Assembly (NCBI GenBank): GCA_977020255.1
Contig: CDROCS010002508.1
Span: 620,001-684,000 of the forward strand
Reading direction: 5' to 3'
Source: Obrimoposthia wandeli
Lineage: Eukaryota
DNA length: 64,000 bases
Positions 38,411-49,303 of this stretch are shown here, piece after piece. A program made the position numbers and the translations under genes. The stretch's first letter is position 1, and every line of letters starts with the position of its first letter. Under the pieces are notes generated by a model. The model did not search any database. It saw only the letters and a program-made list of their open reading frames with translations, and was not told where the DNA came from.

Positions 38411-39259
38411 CACCAATTTTTACATCTTCTTTCATGTCAATCCAATAGTATTTTAAATTTAATCGTGAATGTGTCTTTTTTGATGATAAATGTCCTCCTA
38501 GGGCTCCATTATGATATTGAAGAAGTAATTGACACTGAATTTCTTTAGGAATAACTAGTGAATATAGATTTTTGTCATTTAAATAATATAATATTTCATT
38601 ACTATATTTGTATCGTGATTCGTAGATTTTTAAATGTTTTCTTAATTTTTCATCTGTTGGTACTTCGTTTGTGCTAATGTATTTAGTTATTTGCTGAATT
38701 TCATTATCTTTGCTTTGAAGTTTAGTAATTATTTTTTCATCATATTTAGGTTTAATTTTTGGTAAAAAATTTAATTCGATGTCATTTGCAGTTATTTCGT
38801 TTATTTCTTCTCTTATTCGTGATAGACAATCTGCATTAGCGTTAGATTTTCCTTTTCTATATTTTATTTCAATATCATATTTTTGTAAAATCAATGCCCA
38901 TCTCATTAATCTAGATGTTGTATCCTTATGATTTAAAAGCCATTGTAATGGTCTTTGATCTGTGTAAACATAAACCTTTCGACCTAATAAGTAATGTTTA
39001 AAATGTTCCATTGCGAAACAAATAGCTAGGCATTCTCTTTCTATCGTTGAGTAATTCTTTTCATGTTTTTTAAGACCTCTGCTCGCATATGCTATCACAT
39101 GATCTTTTTCGTTATTTTCCTGTTGTCCTAAAACTGCTCCTAACGCATAACCACTGGCGTCAGTCATAACTAAAAATGAGTTATTAAAATTAGGATATCT
39201 AAGTATAGGTTTTTCGATTAGTTTTTGTTTTAAATATTCATAAGATTCTTGTTGTTCTT

Positions 39260-41575
39260 TTACCCATTCAAATTTTTCATCTTTTTAATAAGTTTATTTA
39301 ATGGTATTGCTATTTGTGCGAAATTTCTAATAAATCTTCGATAATATCCTGCAAGCCCTAAAAATTCCTGTATATTTTTTACTGTTTTTGGGATTGGAAA
39401 ATTTTTAATCTTTTCTACATTACTCTCGTCTGGTTGTATTCCTTTTGCTGATACAGCATGTCCTAAGTAATTTACTTTATCTTTTATCCATTCACATTTC
39501 TTTGGTTTTAGTTTTAATCCTGCTACCTGTAATCTTAAGAATACGTTTTCTAAATCTTTTAAATGTTCTTCAAAATTTTTTGAAAAAATAAGAATGTCAT
39601 CGATATATACCATTACGTGATCTGCATCCATTAAAATATGGCTCATACATCTCTGAAATGTTGCTGGAGCTCCGGTTAATCCAAATGGTAAGACATTGAA
39701 TTCATACAATCCTTCTCCTGTTGAGAAAGCTGTTTTATATTTATCTGACTCCTCAATTTCTATTTGCCAGTATCCACTCTGTAAATCTAAAGTTGTAAAT
39801 ACTTGTGCATTTTTTAGTTTGTCTAATATTTCATCAATTCTTGGCAGTGGATAAGTATCTTTGTGAGTGACTTCGTTTAGTTTTCTGTAGTCTACGCAAA
39901 ATCTCAAAGAACCATCTTTCTTTTTAACTAAAACAACAGGTGATGTCCATGCAGAAAAACTTCTTCTAACAATTTCATTTTCTAACATTCCTTTTATTTG
40001 TCTTTGAGCCTCATCTCTGTAGGCATATGGAATTCGGTAGGGTCGTTGTTTTATTGCTGTGTTTGTTGTTAACGGAAGACCATGTTTTATCAAATTTGTT
40101 CGACCTAAATCGTATTCATTTTTAGCAAATATTACATCATATTTCTCCGTTAAAGTTTTAAGTTTTGATTTTTCATAATCATTTAATTTAATATCGTTAA
40201 AATTTATCGTAGGTTTATCTTCTATTTTTTCATTATCTATTAATTCAATATTTTCAATAACACTTATTTTTCCAAGACGTACTCCTTCCTTGAGATGAAT
40301 TTCATTAATGTCTGCATTTAGGATTCTGATTGGTATTGTGTTGTTTTTTATTTTACAAATTATATTTGGCAAAACGTAGTTCAAGGTTTCTTGTTGATAT
40401 TTATAAGGTTCAAATAATACATCTTTTTCTGTGATTATGTTAGTTTCTAGTTGTAACATTGTTTCTGTTCTTGGTTGGAGAATGATATCTCCTTTTATTT
40501 CTAACTCGTATTCATCTTTGGCGTTAGGTCTGTAAATGTCTTTTATTTGATTTTTTTCAAAATCAAAGTGGAAATTATTTCCTAATCTTCTTAATGTATC
40601 TATTCCTATGATCATTTGGCAAGGACAATTTTTCATTATTCTTGTAGGTATTTTTATGAATTTATTTCCTATTTTAAAAAGACAGTCTAATTTTCCTATT
40701 ATATCTACGGGTTGACCGTTTGCTGCTGTGACTTGACTATTTTCCTTAAGAAGAAGTAATTTTTGTTGTGTTTTTAAGAAAGATTCGTCTAAAACTGTTA
40801 CGCTTGATCCTGTGTCAATTAAAGCTTTAAGTTTATATTCGTTAATTTCTACCTTTACATATGGTCGTTTATCGTTATCTTTTTGATTTATTGTATATAT
40901 TGTTGGTGCAGTTGATTTTTGTATAGTTGTTTTATCTATATATTTTTCTAAATCAGGATATTGTGAAGATTCCGTTTTTTCTGTTTCTTTGGTATTTGTA
41001 ATTTTTTGTATATTTGTTTCTCGCATTTCATTTGATAATGTGTTTACTATGTTTTGATGATGATTAAAAATAAGGAATTTTGCCAAAAATGGAAAACATC
41101 CTAAGATTAATTTCCATGTTAATCCTCCAACTTTATAAATATAATATGTTGATAAAATTTGACTTAGAAGAATCTTAAAGCAAATTAGTAGAGCATATAT
41201 TCCAACTAATCCAGAAAATGCTTGTCCAAAAATAAAAAATTTACCCCATATTTTTGACATGGTGTTTTTAGTGGCTTTTATAAAATGATTTGGAGAAAGT
41301 AATAAGTCATAATCGGGACGGCTAATTCCGTCAGGTACTGATCTTTCTATGATTTGTGTTAAAATTCTGGATCTTATTTGTGGAAATAAAATTTCTTTTC
41401 TTAACTTATCTATATCTTCCTGTATATAAATTCCTTTTGTGTTTAATTCGTTATCTGATTGTATATTGATGTCGTTGCTGAGAGTGGTTAATTGTAATTT
41501 TTGTGGTTCTGCGACAATATCTCTTCTTGGAAGTGAAATCCAAATATCTTTTGAAATTTGATAATGAGGTGCCAT
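39260..41575 (-). CDS. Env(gB/chuvirus-like C-terminus)-protease-RT polyprotein segment (771 aa)
   Basis: A single frame contains GIYIQEDIDKLRKEILFP, a TM region FFIFGQAFSGLVGIYALLICFKILL...GGLTWKLILGCF, then DTGS, a dUTPase-like spacer and RT YIDD. The same frame extends upstream to 41740 across one stop (YQCKKV...CTK*LPISYKNNSLFVEPITRI). Confidence 0.85.
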   Translation of the reverse strand: MAPHYQISKDIWISLPRRDIVAEPQKLQLTTLSNDINIQSDNELNTKGIYIQEDIDKLRKEILFPQIRSRILTQIIERSVPDGISRPDYDLLLSPNHFIKATKNTMSKIWGKFFIFGQAFSGLVGIYALLICFKILLSQILSTYYIYKVGGLTWKLILGCFPFLAKFLIFNHHQNIVNTLSNEMRETNIQKITNTKETEKTESSQYPDLEKYIDKTTIQKSTAPTIYTINQKDNDKRPYVKVEINEYKLKALIDTGSSVTVLDESFLKTQQKLLLLKENSQVTAANGQPVDIIGKLDCLFKIGNKFIKIPTRIMKNCPCQMIIGIDTLRRLGNNFHFDFEKNQIKDIYRPNAKDEYELEIKGDIILQPRTETMLQLETNIITEKDVLFEPYKYQQETLNYVLPNIICKIKNNTIPIRILNADINEIHLKEGVRLGKISVIENIELIDNEKIEDKPTINFNDIKLNDYEKSKLKTLTEKYDVIFAKNEYDLGRTNLIKHGLPLTTNTAIKQRPYRIPYAYRDEAQRQIKGMLENEIVRRSFSAWTSPVVLVKKKDGSLRFCVDYRKLNEVTHKDTYPLPRIDEILDKLKNAQVFTTLDLQSGYWQIEIEESDKYKTAFSTGEGLYEFNVLPFGLTGAPATFQRCMSHILMDADHVMVYIDDILIFSKNFEEHLKDLENVFLRLQVAGLKLKPKKCEWIKDKVNYLGHAVSAKGIQPDESNVEKIKNFPIPKTVKNIQEFLGLAGYYRRFIRNFAQIAIPLNKLIKKMKNLNG

Positions 41576-41740
41576 TATGTTTGAGCAGTTTATTTCTTTT
41601 ATGCTAAAAGTGTTAAAAAGTATGATTCTAGTGATTGGTTCTACAAATAATGAATTATTTTTGTAAGAAATTGGTAATTATTTTGTACATTTTTGATGAT
41701 TTCTTATGTTAACTATTACTTTTTTACATTGATAAGTGTA

Positions 41741-42960
41741 AGTAGGTAGAAGGATGGAGTCTAGACCACTTGACCCCCCCCCTAAAGGGTGACATACCAT
41801 AAGGATGACTCGCCACACCATAAGAGTATATGTTGCCTCACCTTCGGTGACCCAACATATACCCTTATGGTATGGCAAGACACCCTTATGGTATGACACC
41901 CTTTAGGAGGAGGCGGGAGGCGGGAGGCGGGGAGGGGAGGGGAGGGGTCAAGTGATCTAGACTCCACCCTTCTTTTGGCTATAATCTATGGTTGTCCATA
42001 ATTCAAAGGGTCAAGTGGTCTAGTCTCCACCCTTCTTTTTGTGATATACCACTATGAAAGGGTCAATTGGCTTAGTCTCCACCCTTCTTTTTGAGATATA
42101 CCACTATGAAAGGGTCAATTGGCTTAGTCTCCACCCTTCTTTTTGAGATATACCACTATGAAAGGGTCAATTGGCTTAGTCTCCACCCTTCTTTTTGAGA
42201 TATACCACTATGAAAGGGTCAATTGGCTTAGTCTCCACCCTTCTTTTTGAGATATACCACTATGAAAGGGTCAATTGGCTTAGTCTCCACCCTTCTTTTT
42301 GAGATATACCACTATGAAAGGGTCAATTGGCTTAGTCTCCACCCTTCTTTTAGTGATCTAGTCTCCACCCTTCATTTAGTGATCTAGTCTCCACCCTTCT
42401 TTTAGTGATCTAGTCTCCACCCTTCTTTTTGAGATATACCACTATGAAAGGATCAAGTGGCTTAGTCTCCACCCTTCTTTTTTTGTGATCTAGTCCATAA
42501 ATTTAGGATAAAGTTCACACTTACCAATTAAGAATGTATGACGTAATCATACACACACTATTCTATGTGAAAATTTAGGCTAAAGTTCTCTCTTATAAGT
42601 TAATGAATGTATTACGTAATCACACACATACTATTTTATGTGAAATTTAGATCAAAGTTTTTCCTAGGCTTTCACATTTATAGAATTATGATAAAATTTC
42701 TTTAAATAACTTCAATTATATATTAAAATAAAAAATAAAATAAGAAAGAAGTCAGAGAATAATACAAAATTAAACACATTTATTATGTAATTTCATAATA
42801 TCATCATCAAACTTAAGTGAATAACATTTACAAAGTAAGAAAGTCCATTCATTATACATTCTTTTCGTTTCAACGACTAAGTTACAACGGAATTAATAGA
42901 AAATTAGTAAAAATATTAATTTATTTGAATATTTGAATGAGAGTTTGAATAAAATGAGAG
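41741..42960 (+). repeat. Internal third copy of the left TIR (diverged; 49-bp subterminal units), truncating the env ORF
   Basis: AGTAGGTAGAAGGATGGAGTCTAGACC at 41741; hairpin loop TTC; GAGATATACCACTATGAAAGGGTCAATTGGCTTAGTCTCCACCCTTC about 6-7 times. Its left flank (AGTGTA) has no matching TSD. Confidence 0.88.
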
Positions 42961-43014
42961 GTAGAATGAATGTAAATGAATAAAATTATGCATGCAAGTA
43001 TGAATGTCATTTAC

Positions 43015-43963
43015 AAGTAAGAGTCTTAGCAAGTGAATGTAATTTTTAAAATAAGAGTGTCGATAGTTTGATTGAATGCAAGTGTAATTTAGACTATAAG
43101 TAAATTAAAATAGAGTTTTTGTTGAATAAATTATAGTTAGATTGAATGCAAGTATGACGAGCAAGTGATTGATAGTATGAATTTCAATACAAGTAAGTGG
43201 GTTTAGCAAGTGAATGTAATTTTAAAAATAATAGTGTCGATAGTTTGATTGAATGCAAGTGTAATTTAGACTATAAGTAAATTAAAATAGAGTTTTTGTT
43301 GAATAAATTATAGTTAGATTGAATGCAAGTATGACGAGCAAGTGATTGATAGTATGAATTTCAATACAAGTAAGTGGGTTTAGCAAGTGAATGTAATTTT
43401 AAAAATAATAGTGTCGATAGTTTGATTGAATGCAAGTGTAATTTAGACTATAAGTAAATTAAAATAGAGTTTTTGTTGAATAAATTATAGTTAGATTGAA
43501 TGCAAGTATGACGAGCAAGTGATTGATAGTATGAATTTCAATACAAGTAAGTGGGTTTAGCAAGTGAATGTAATTTTTAAAATAAGAGTGTCGATAGTTT
43601 GATTGAATGCAAGTGTAATTTAGACTATAAGTAAATTAAAATAGAGTTTTTGTTGAATAAATTATAGTTAGATTGAATGCAAGTATGACGAGCAAGTGAT
43701 TGATAGTATGAATTTCAATACAAGTAAGTGGGTTTAGCAAGTGAATGTAATTTTAAAAATAATAGTGTCGATAGTTTGATTGAATGCAAGTGTAATTTAG
43801 ACTATAAGTAAATTAAAATAGAGTTTTTGTTGAATAAATTATAGTTAGATTGAATGCAAGTATGACGAGCAAGTGATTGATAGTATGAATTTCAATACAA
43901 GTAAGTGGGTTTAGCAAGTGAATGTAATTTTAAAAATAATAGTGTCGATAGTTTGATTGAATG
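43015..43963. repeat. Satellite-like array, 177-bp unit, about 5.5 copies (variant of the 26040 array)
   Basis: The marker ends at 43142, 43319, 43496, 43673 and 43850. Confidence 0.9.
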
Positions 43964-45051
43964 ATCAAATATTCAAATAAATTAATATTTTTACTAATTT
44001 TCTATTAATTCCGTTGTAACTTAGTCGTTGAAACGAAAAGAATGTATAAAGAATGGACTTTCTTACTTTGTAAATGTTATTCACTTAAGTTTGATGATGA
44101 TATTATGAAATTACATAATAAATGTGTTTAATTTTGTATTATTCTCTGACTTCTTTCTTATTTTATTTTTTATTTTAATATATAATTGAAGTTATTTAAA
44201 GAAATTTTATCATAATTCTATAAATGTGAAAGCCTAGGAAAAACTTTGATCTAAATTTCACATAAAATAGTATGTGTGTGATTACGTAATACATTCATTA
44301 ACTTATAAGAGTGAACTTTAGCCTAAATTTTCACATAGAATAGTGTGTGTGTGTTAAAAACCACATTCCTTAACTGATAAGAGTGAACTTTAGCCTTGAT
44401 TTTCACATATAATAGTGTGTGTATGATTACGTCATACATTCCTTAACTTTTAAGTGTGAACTTTCACATGACCTTAATTATACCTTCAAAGTTTCAAGTC
44501 AAAACTGACCTTGACCCTTTGATTTATGGACGACCATAGTGGTATATCAAAGAAGGGTGGAGACTAGATCACTTGACCCTTTGAATTATGGACGATCATA
44601 GTGGTTAGCCAAAAGAAGGGTGGAGACTAGACCACTTGACTCTTTGAATTATGGACGATCATAGTGGTTAGCCAAAAGAAGGGTGGAGACTAGACCACTT
44701 GACCCTTTGAATTATGGACGATCATAGTGGTTAGCCAAAAGAAGGGTGGAGACTAGACCACAAAAAGAAGGGTGGAGACTAGACCACTTGACCCTTTGAA
44801 TTATGGACGACCACAACCCTTTAGTGGTTAGCCAAAAGAAGGGTGTAGACTAGATCACTTGACCCCCTCCCCGTCCCCCCTCCCCCCTAAAGGGTGTCAC
44901 ACCATAAGGGTGTCTTGCCACACCATAAGGGTATATGTTGCCTCGCCATAGGTGAGGCAACATATACTCTTCTGGTGTGGCAAGACATCCTTATGGTGTG
45001 ACACCCTTTAGGGGGGGGTCAAGTGGTCTAGACTCCATCCTTCTACCTACT
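43964..45051 (-). repeat. Right TIR
   Basis: Reverse complement of the left arm; hairpin loop ATA; ends CCTACT followed by the TSD CACAAT. Confidence 0.9.
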
Positions 45052-45204
45052 CACAATGGATAATAATCTGTTGCAATCGAAATACTGATACTTATTCTCA
45101 TGCACTACTATGGAAAAGATTTTTTTTTCAAGTATATCTCAATTTATCTATCCAAAGAAGAAATAGAAGGAAAAATGAAATTTTGATTGAAGAACGTGGG
45201 CGAG

Positions 45205-46036
45205 TGTTGGTGTTTTTTTGCATTACAATAGATTTTAGTCTATTTAAATTGACATTTAATTAAAATTACCATGCTAACAATCGGTAAGGTAATTTTTATC
45301 AGCCTCCGGCGGGGTAAAAACCCCGTTACGCCTTGCCAGACTGGTCAGGAAGTCGACAGACAAATGAATTTTTTGATGGGCAGAACGGAGATAAGATAGT
45401 ACTTTTATCTGACTGGAATCTTCCGTCAAGCTCTCTGGTCCTCCCAGCGGAATTGGTCCTCCTCCCCTTCCCTCCCCATCCTCTTTTCCCGTCATCCCAG
45501 TCACCAGCTTAGGAGAAAAATCGATGTCACATACATACACTGCTGTGACTGTGTGTACAATAAACTCTCGTGGATCCCCGACAAACAATTCAAGATCAGT
45601 CCCCAGATTCACCCTGTGTTTTTCTCTTACCTGCACAATTTTAAATCGATTAAATGACACTGTCTGTATTTATGTGTGTGTGCCTCTTTCTCCCTTATTT
45701 TCTCCTCTGTCCAAAAGCGGAGATGATCTCTGTAGCCCACACATACACAAGTTTGTCCCAGACACTCCAGAGGTGATGTGCACTTACATGTAGAACGAGG
45801 AAATATTTTCCCAATCAGTTGTAAGCACAAAACCTGCCACTGTTGTGCTCCCGTTCTACGATTTATCTGTTTCTCTGACGATATAGACTGGCAGATTATA
45901 GATTTCCTTTCAAAATCTGAAATTTATTAAAAATAGTTTACAATTTAATATAAAGAAAAGACTTAAGAAATTTATGACAATACTGATAACTTGGAAATAG
46001 AATATTTGAACAATTTATATTTGGATAATTTATAAC
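45205..46036 (+). mobile_element. Divergent LTR-like segment (old relative of the 30861 LTR)
   Basis: Starts TGTTGG after the purine-rich GAAGAACGTGGGCGAG. Aligns with LTR1 across the ribozyme (ATCAGCCTCCGGCGGGG...CCCGTTACGCC) and at tatttt.tcctctgtcca. The right end is a guess (TTATAACA). No TSD. Confidence 0.5.
45302..45354 (-). ncRNA. Degenerate type I hammerhead (likely inactive)
   Basis: GACTTC-CTGACCA-GTCT-GGCA-AGGC-GTAAC-GGGG-TTTTTA-CCCC-GCC-GGAGGC. Same topology and GGCA loop II as the 31411 copy; core substitutions at G8, A13 and U16.1. Confidence 0.65.
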
Positions 46037-46109
46037 AAAAAGCCCCACACAACAACAACCAAACTTCAACTGAGTCCATGCTCAACATCACTTCACCTCA
46101 CAACAATGC

Positions 46110-46240
46110 CTGAAAACTGCTCTATATATGCTATGAGATCATCCGCAACTGACATGCGAAGCCCAACAACTGCAGCCACTGATTTCACATCAGTTGTCTC
46201 TAGACATGGTTGCCAATCGTCAATACGGCAAACCCGTTGA
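46110..46240 (+). pseudogene. Second RING-H2 remnant
   Basis: LYICYEIIRN*HAKPNNCSH*FHISCL*TWLP: C-x-H-x2-H-x2-C-x3-W spacing with stops. Confidence 0.5.
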
Positions 46241-46937
46241 CTTCACATCCTACCCAATGTGCTGAGCTACCTGCTCGATGTACCTTATTGCAGACCGAAC
46301 CCGGAATCATGTATAGGAGCAGGTGGGTGTTCCCAGTCTAATTCACACCATACTCTTAAGGAGGCACATATGTCCTTTAAAACCGTGCATGTGTTTAAGG
46401 AGTGACATTTTGTGTATCTGTGTAAAAATACATACATATTCAAACATTTTCAAATTAAAACATGCATATATTTTTCATCCGAATAAAAGCAATTTACTGG
46501 ATGCGGATGACACAACGGTCAAAGTGGTGAACTGAAATTGAAAGATTAAGGGCAGAGGACATTTGAATTCCATCAAAAACAAGTTCGAGTGGGTACCTGT
46601 GATTCTTTGCCTACCATTTAAGTTAGCTTCTGAAATTAATAAGTCCTCATATTTACAGACTGAACTATACCAACGACACTAAAGCAATATACGAAACTAT
46701 ATTAATATGAATGATATGCAAAAAATTAAAGTACTGTGTTTTTAAAAAAAACACAATCCCCCTTTTCCCCACACAGATCAGAAAATGTATTATGAGCCCT
46801 TTTAAATGTCTCAAGGCTTCCAAACGTTTGAGATTCGAAAGGTCATCTAGCTTCGCTCGGAGAGCCATACGAGCATATGCAGGTCTTTTGGAGCCAAAAA
46901 TTGCAATCCACAATTCTTGATACGACAGTGTTTCAGC

Positions 46938-47084
46938 AGGTTACCCGGCCATTTCTAGCTAGGATTGAATACTCGCTGATACTGCCATTGTAGTGCGCGG
47001 GTGGCCCCGGACATCCAAGGGCATCACAGGCCTGTTATTGCTCCATCTCATTTGGCTAAAAGCCATTGATTCCTCTAAGAAGTC
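46938..47084 (-). rRNA. 18S rRNA fragment (dispersed pseudogene piece)
   Basis: ACTTCTTAGAGG...GAGCAATAACAGGCCTGTGATGCCCTTGGATGTCCGGGGCC...CTACAATGG...GGGTAACC matches the conserved 3' region of 18S, with substitutions. Confidence 0.85.
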
Positions 47085-47114
47085 AGTTTGTGCTACTTAT
47101 CACACAAATACTAT

Positions 47115-47247
47115 NNNNNNNNNNNNNNNNNNNNNNNNNNNNNNNNNNNNNNNNNNNNNNNNNNNNNNNNNNNNNNNNNNNNNNNNNNNNNNNNNNNNNN
47201 NNNNNNNNNNNNNNNNNNNNNNNNNNNNNNNNNNNNNNNNNNNNNNN
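47115..47247. other. Assembly gap (133 N)
   Basis: Run of n. Confidence 1.
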
Positions 47248-49303
47248 ATATGACAAACATACAATATTTTTTCTACCGTCACACAAACATCCATAGCCCA
47301 AAATGTTAACAAAATACTTCATTTTTAAAAAAGTGATTTGAATACCATGCTTCTATTGGACGATTGAAAATTAATACATTATAATTAGTTTTATTTTTTT
47401 ATTTTGTTTCCTAATATTTGTATCGTGTTTAAATATATTTTTTAAATAAACATTTGTCTTTTTCAATCAGTTTTATATTTAGAATGAATCATCTTCGAAT
47501 TTTTTATTACTCTGAAAGATATTTAAAAAGGAAACCGTGTAATAAATTAAAAAGGCATCAAATTATACGTGTTATCAATCATGTGAAAAATCAAAAGTTG
47601 AAAATAAATATTTAATTGAAACTTAACCACATCTGATATCGATCAATTCAAAATTATTTTGGAAAATTTACATACCTGATTATGTATAAAAAGGAAATTC
47701 TTTTAAGATTGAAGCCGATCCCTGTCTGATTTTTAGGGATGACTTTGGTTATTTGATTTGTCCACATTTAGATGGGTTAATATAGAATATCGCAATATGG
47801 CTTTATGGATACTATGTTGCTGGTGATAAAAAATAAATAACCTCTTTGGACTTTGAGTGTAGCTAATATAGTGTTTTATATTTTATATTTGAGTTGATTT
47901 AATAAATATATTGAAATTTATTTTTGTCTTATATTTTTGTTTTTTTCTATAAACATATAAGTCTCACCTACATATTTTATTATCCATCTACTCTTAACGG
48001 GTATAAAAAATGTAGCAATTTATTTATACTTAAGTATCATCTAAAATCTCGTCTGTGACAATTCGATACTGACGAGGTCAATAAAGCTATCTGGATTCCT
48101 GTAGTTTTCTATAATCACTTTGATATATATTTTTAGTACTTAGATCCATCCGTGGATATCAGGTGTGAAATTCATAAAGAAATTTACGAAATTTCACTCC
48201 AAACACACATGTAGGGGTTGGATTAGACCGGACACATCCACCTATTAGTAAGTCCTAATCGTTCACTTCAGGAAGTACATATCCAATTGGTGGTGTTCTT
48301 TCTGCATATGTAAGGTATCCTCAAAGTTTTATATATGATGTACACTTACAATTGTAAAATTTTATATCTGAAATCACGTACCACTATCATTGAAGTTAGG
48401 GGTAACAAATACGAATTATATAGTGCCACCCCCTAGAAACAGTTGTAATTAGGTATTGTAACAGAGTTATAACTGTACTAATTGTTGTGTTTATAATAAT
48501 AAAAATAATTAACCTCAAAACTTGAAAAGTTATAATAACCCAACTTCTAGCGCTGTTCAAAAACTCAATTCATTTGAAAGCGACTAAAATATTGTCCAAA
48601 GCTGAGACTAAACCTACTAGAAAAGAACACATAATAAGAAGGTCAATTCAAATTAAGTCGACAGGCTTATCATTTGTCCAATATCTTATTCGGTTTTGGT
48701 ACAACAGGTTCTTTTTCAGACTTACATTACACTACAATAGTTTTAGGGATATAATTCGGATCATTGAACACAGCACAACTATACAGATTTGATAAGACTA
48801 TATAGGCCAAGACAATCAATAAGACTTAAATCTATAGGACTTACGTTGGGGGCCTTCATACGAGAATTCTACAACCATTTTTGATAGAAAATCCCCACAA
48901 AATAAATACCTTGATGTAGACTACCTTTGGCCTGACTCTGCATCAAGCTAACTTAAGTATGAAAATATTGAAAAATTAATAGAAAGTGCTGTAAGCAAGA
49001 GTTGCAACACTTTGAGTACTGCACATATTAGGAAAAAGGAAGATATTGTAATTACCTCAAACAGAAAATTTATAAAAGTAATAATGAGAAAAAACTCTCA
49101 ACCAATTGAAGAAAAGGATAAAATATTATCCAAAGAATTAACTGGACATTGATGAATTCATCATAAAATTACACAAATTCTTATTATTCTTTTGAAGACT
49201 AAGAAGTAATTAGCATGAATTTTATCAATAAAAACTAAATATATCTAATTGGTTAATTTTATTTCGTTGGAAAAATAAATTTCTCACTCTTCGTGATCAA
49301 AAA

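Larger units (their letters stand above)
30861..41740 (-). mobile_element. 5'-truncated Ty3/Gypsy LTR retroelement: env-like, PR, RT, RH, IN, accessory ORFs, 3' LTR
   Basis: ALIDTGS (PR), YIDDILIF (RT), TDASGYALGAVL and NADCLSR (RH), HHCC zinc finger, MDVMGP/TDKGPEF/LVERFNRT (IN), GPY motif. The order PR-RT-RH-IN indicates Gypsy. Several 1-2 nt frameshifts in homopolymers. Gag and the 5' LTR are missing beyond 41740. Confidence 0.93.
24760..45051. mobile_element. 20.3-kb TIR-bounded composite insertion with Polinton/Maverick-like ends (non-autonomous: no pPolB, capsid or ATPase seen)
   Basis: Starts AGTAGGTAGAAGGATGGAGTCTAGACC and ends GGTCTAGACTCCATCCTTCTACCTACT. About 1.1 kb of inverted similarity. 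Exact 6-bp TSD CACAAT at 24754-24759 and 45052-45057. Confidence 0.85.

Noticed and set aside
45274-45660. 128-aa minus-strand ORF
   Set aside because: It lies in the GC-rich LTR-like segment and overlaps the degenerate hammerhead; no protein motif.
45870-45910. CTGACGA followed by a TATA/TATA stem
   Set aside because: No GAAA core or stem III follows.
46993-47322. ORFs containing X runs
   Set aside because: Artefacts of the N gap.
48570-49160. Possible decayed coding sequence (WGPSYENSTTIFD...YLDVDYLWPD)
   Set aside because: Looks coding-derived, but I cannot assign a family.
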